A DNA stretch of 64,000 nucleotides from assembly GCA_028286905.1 (NCBI GenBank), contig JAQBQP010000001.1:15114-79113 (forward strand), written 5' to 3'. The position numbers were made by a program, and so were the translations under genes. Of the stretch, positions 62,064 through 64,000 are shown in pieces. The notes beneath the pieces are model-generated. The model was given only the letters and a program-made list of their open reading frames with translations, ran no database searches and was not told the DNA's origin. This DNA comes from Candidatus Doudnabacteria bacterium (GTDB lineage Bacteria; Patescibacteriota; Doudnabacteria; UBA920; VMFF01). How positions within the stretch are numbered: position 1 is the first letter of the stretch; the number at the start of each line of letters is the position of its first letter.

Positions 62064-62825
62064 ATGGAAGGACCATCTCTGTTTCTGGCAGTAGAGCAGC
62101 TAATGCCTTTCAAGGGCAAAACCATTTTATCTGTCTCTGGAAACACAAAAATTGGCAAAGAAAGATTAGACCACAAGAAGGTGCTGGATATTTTTTCATG
62201 GTCGAAGCAATTACTTTTTCAATTTGATGACTTTGCATTGCGGACACATTTTTTATTGTATGGAAGCTTTGAGGCCACTGTTGAAGGAAAATCTGTTACT
62301 GGTGATTATAAAAGAACTCGCGACCCCCGATTAACTCTGAACTTTGAAAATGGTCAGCTGAAAATGTACGCTTGTTCGGTTAAGTACGTTGAGGACTCAA
62401 ACCTAAAACGGATTTATGATTTCACTGCAGATGTAATGTCCCCTACCTGGGATGAAAAAGCAGCGCTAAAGAAAATAAAGAATTGCTCGGAAGAACAAAT
62501 AGCCGACGTCTTGATGAATCAAGATATCTTTGGCGGAGTAGGAAATATTATAAAAAACGAAGTTTTATTTATTCACAGAACAAATCCCAGGCAGCTGGTT
62601 AAAGATACTCCGGCAAAGAAAATAAAAGAGATTGCAACAGAAGCTCGAAACTTCTCACATCAATTTTATGAATGGAGAAAAGTATTTCAACTTAAAGCGA
62701 ACTTACAAATTTACAGAAAAAGCATTTGCCCGATCTGTGGCGGAAAAGTAAAACGCGAAAAAATTGGCAAGGGCCAACGAATGAGTTTTTACTGTCCTGT
62801 TGATCAACCGTTTACGACTAAATAA
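62064..62825 (+). CDS. Fpg/Nei-family DNA glycosylase-like protein
   Basis: EGPS, H2TH GVGNIIKNEVL, C-terminal zinc-finger-like segment. Confidence 0.85.
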   Translation: MEGPSLFLAVEQLMPFKGKTILSVSGNTKIGKERLDHKKVLDIFSWSKQLLFQFDDFALRTHFLLYGSFEATVEGKSVTGDYKRTRDPRLTLNFENGQLKMYACSVKYVEDSNLKRIYDFTADVMSPTWDEKAALKKIKNCSEEQIADVLMNQDIFGGVGNIIKNEVLFIHRTNPRQLVKDTPAKKIKEIATEARNFSHQFYEWRKVFQLKANLQIYRKSICPICGGKVKREKIGKGQRMSFYCPVDQPFTTK

Positions 62826-62859
62826 AAAAACTTACTCTGGAAGAGTAAGTTTTTTTAAC

Positions 62860-62932
62860 TTCTTTGGCTAGTTGCCGAAGGCAATAGCCTAGTGTTATGT
62901 CGAAGCTTGCACGAAGTGCAAGCGCACGACCT
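62860..62932 (+). repeat. GAA-triloop hairpin cluster including an extended variant of the repeat
   Basis: TTGCC-GAA-GGCAA and GTCGAAGC-TTGCAC-GAA-GTGCAA-GCGCACGAC. Confidence 0.6.
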
Positions 62933-63056
62933 TTCGCTGCAATTTTTTATTTAGTTGTGCTCACGATTTTTGGCTTACGTTTGACCGCACCCTCTCTATG
63001 GCGATTCGCATCGCGACCCTGCACCCTCCGCTGTTCACGCCTAACTCTAGGCAATA

Positions 63057-63464
63057 TTATTTTATCTGGATTACAACGTACTCAGGATTCTGAGTAGTTG
63101 CTCCAAGCACAGCTCCATCTTGCGAAGGAATTGCATATTCTGCAACTGACTGGTTTGGATTAAGCGCTGTGTATCTCGGTTGACCATACTGATAATCAGA
63201 CAGTCCTAAGAACGCAACGACTTGTGGCTTCACAACTTCAGCAGCGCTTGCAACAGACCATTGTAGGTTGTCTGCAATAACCGCAAAAGTATTATCTAAC
63301 TGCGGAGAAATATTTTGCGCAGCAAAAATGTCTGGCAAAGATTTCTCTGTTCCGCTAAAAGAAGCATTGCTGTATGCGACCCCAAACAGGAACATGTTTA
63401 CTATAAGAGCAAACGCAAGTAAAGGCACCACGACATGTGGTTTGTCATCTAAGTGTTCTGGCAT
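63057..63464 (-). CDS. Hypothetical single-TM protein
   Basis: TM; G.VLGA motif often seen in CPR proteins. Confidence 0.6.
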   Translation of the reverse strand: MPEHLDDKPHVVVPLLAFALIVNMFLFGVAYSNASFSGTEKSLPDIFAAQNISPQLDNTFAVIADNLQWSVASAAEVVKPQVVAFLGLSDYQYGQPRYTALNPNQSVAEYAIPSQDGAVLGATTQNPEYVVIQIK

Positions 63465-63650
63465 ATTTTTTTGTTTTTTTGTTTTATTTTTGTTTCGTGC
63501 CTTTTATTTACTAGATCTCTATAAACAAAAGGCTGTCGGTAATCGACCAATTAAAAACTCTAATGTATTTATTAGAGTTTTTAACATTACATATCTATTA
63601 TAGCAGAAATTTTTGCTTTTGTCTAGCCCCCCAAAAAGTGAGAGAGCGAT

Positions 63651-63666
63651 CGAAGCGAAGCGCACG
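63651..63666 (+). repeat. CGAAGCGAAGCGCACG hairpin repeat, copy 2
   Basis: Closed by a GATCG/CGATC stem. Confidence 0.7.
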
Positions 63667-63688
63667 ATCCACCAATATTTTTAGGAAG

Positions 63689-64000
63689 TTAGCCAGGTAA
63701 AATGAAACGCAAAATACAAACGACCAGAGTCAAAATTGCGATTGTTCTAGTCGATGGATTACTCTTAGCTCTTGCCAGAGCGTAAACTGCAAGAACAAAA
63801 GCAATTAACAAAGTTGAGTTTACGAACGGCGCTGATGTTGCTAAAAGATTTGGTTGAGTCAACGCGTTAGCATTGAAAGCCATAATCTTCAAAATTATTC
63901 CTGGCAATAAAACTATTAACAAAGAAAGTACTGCGGCTGCCAAGTCTGCATCGACAGATGCGAAAGTCGGAAACATCGCTTTATTTTCTACATGTAGATG
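63689..64000 (-). CDS. Membrane protein, probably 5'-truncated by the window end
   Basis: Hydrophobic ORF, frame open to the window edge. Confidence 0.55.
   Translation of the reverse strand, partial: HLHVENKAMFPTFASVDADLAAAVLSLLIVLLPGIILKIMAFNANALTQPNLLATSAPFVNSTLLIAFVLAVYALARAKSNPSTRTIAILTLVVCILRFILPG

Overview
AT-rich bacterial chromosome segment, very probably CPR/Patescibacteria. This is inferred from the pilB-C-M-N-O block, ComEC, a short RelA/SpoT, a large S-layer-like protein and many small membrane-anchored hypotheticals. Core genes: gdhA, cdd, typA, holA, hup, nusB, rpmF, groES/EL, mutM, ndk, hisS, cobO, nrdJ, nrdR, ddl and five tRNAs (His, Lys, Arg-UCG, Gly, Pro). Main observations: (1) a nitroreductase / amino-acid dehydrogenase / PaaK-like ligase / Rv1355c-type ThiF operon followed by a multi-TM histidine kinase and comEC, a candidate small-molecule (oxazolone-like) signal synthesis-and-sensing system; (2) a recombinase-less stack of single-gene cassettes downstream of tRNA-His, separated by tRNA 3'-end copies, similar terminators and homologous short coding tails; (3) six solitary GC-rich units, mostly with their own promoter, SD and terminator, set among AT-rich genes, many of which look leaderless; (4) a covarying GCGAAGC hairpin repeat, a ~410-nt structured S-layer leader, a candidate sRNA and unannotated small proteins. 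Functional calls come from motif recognition by eye; no searches were run.
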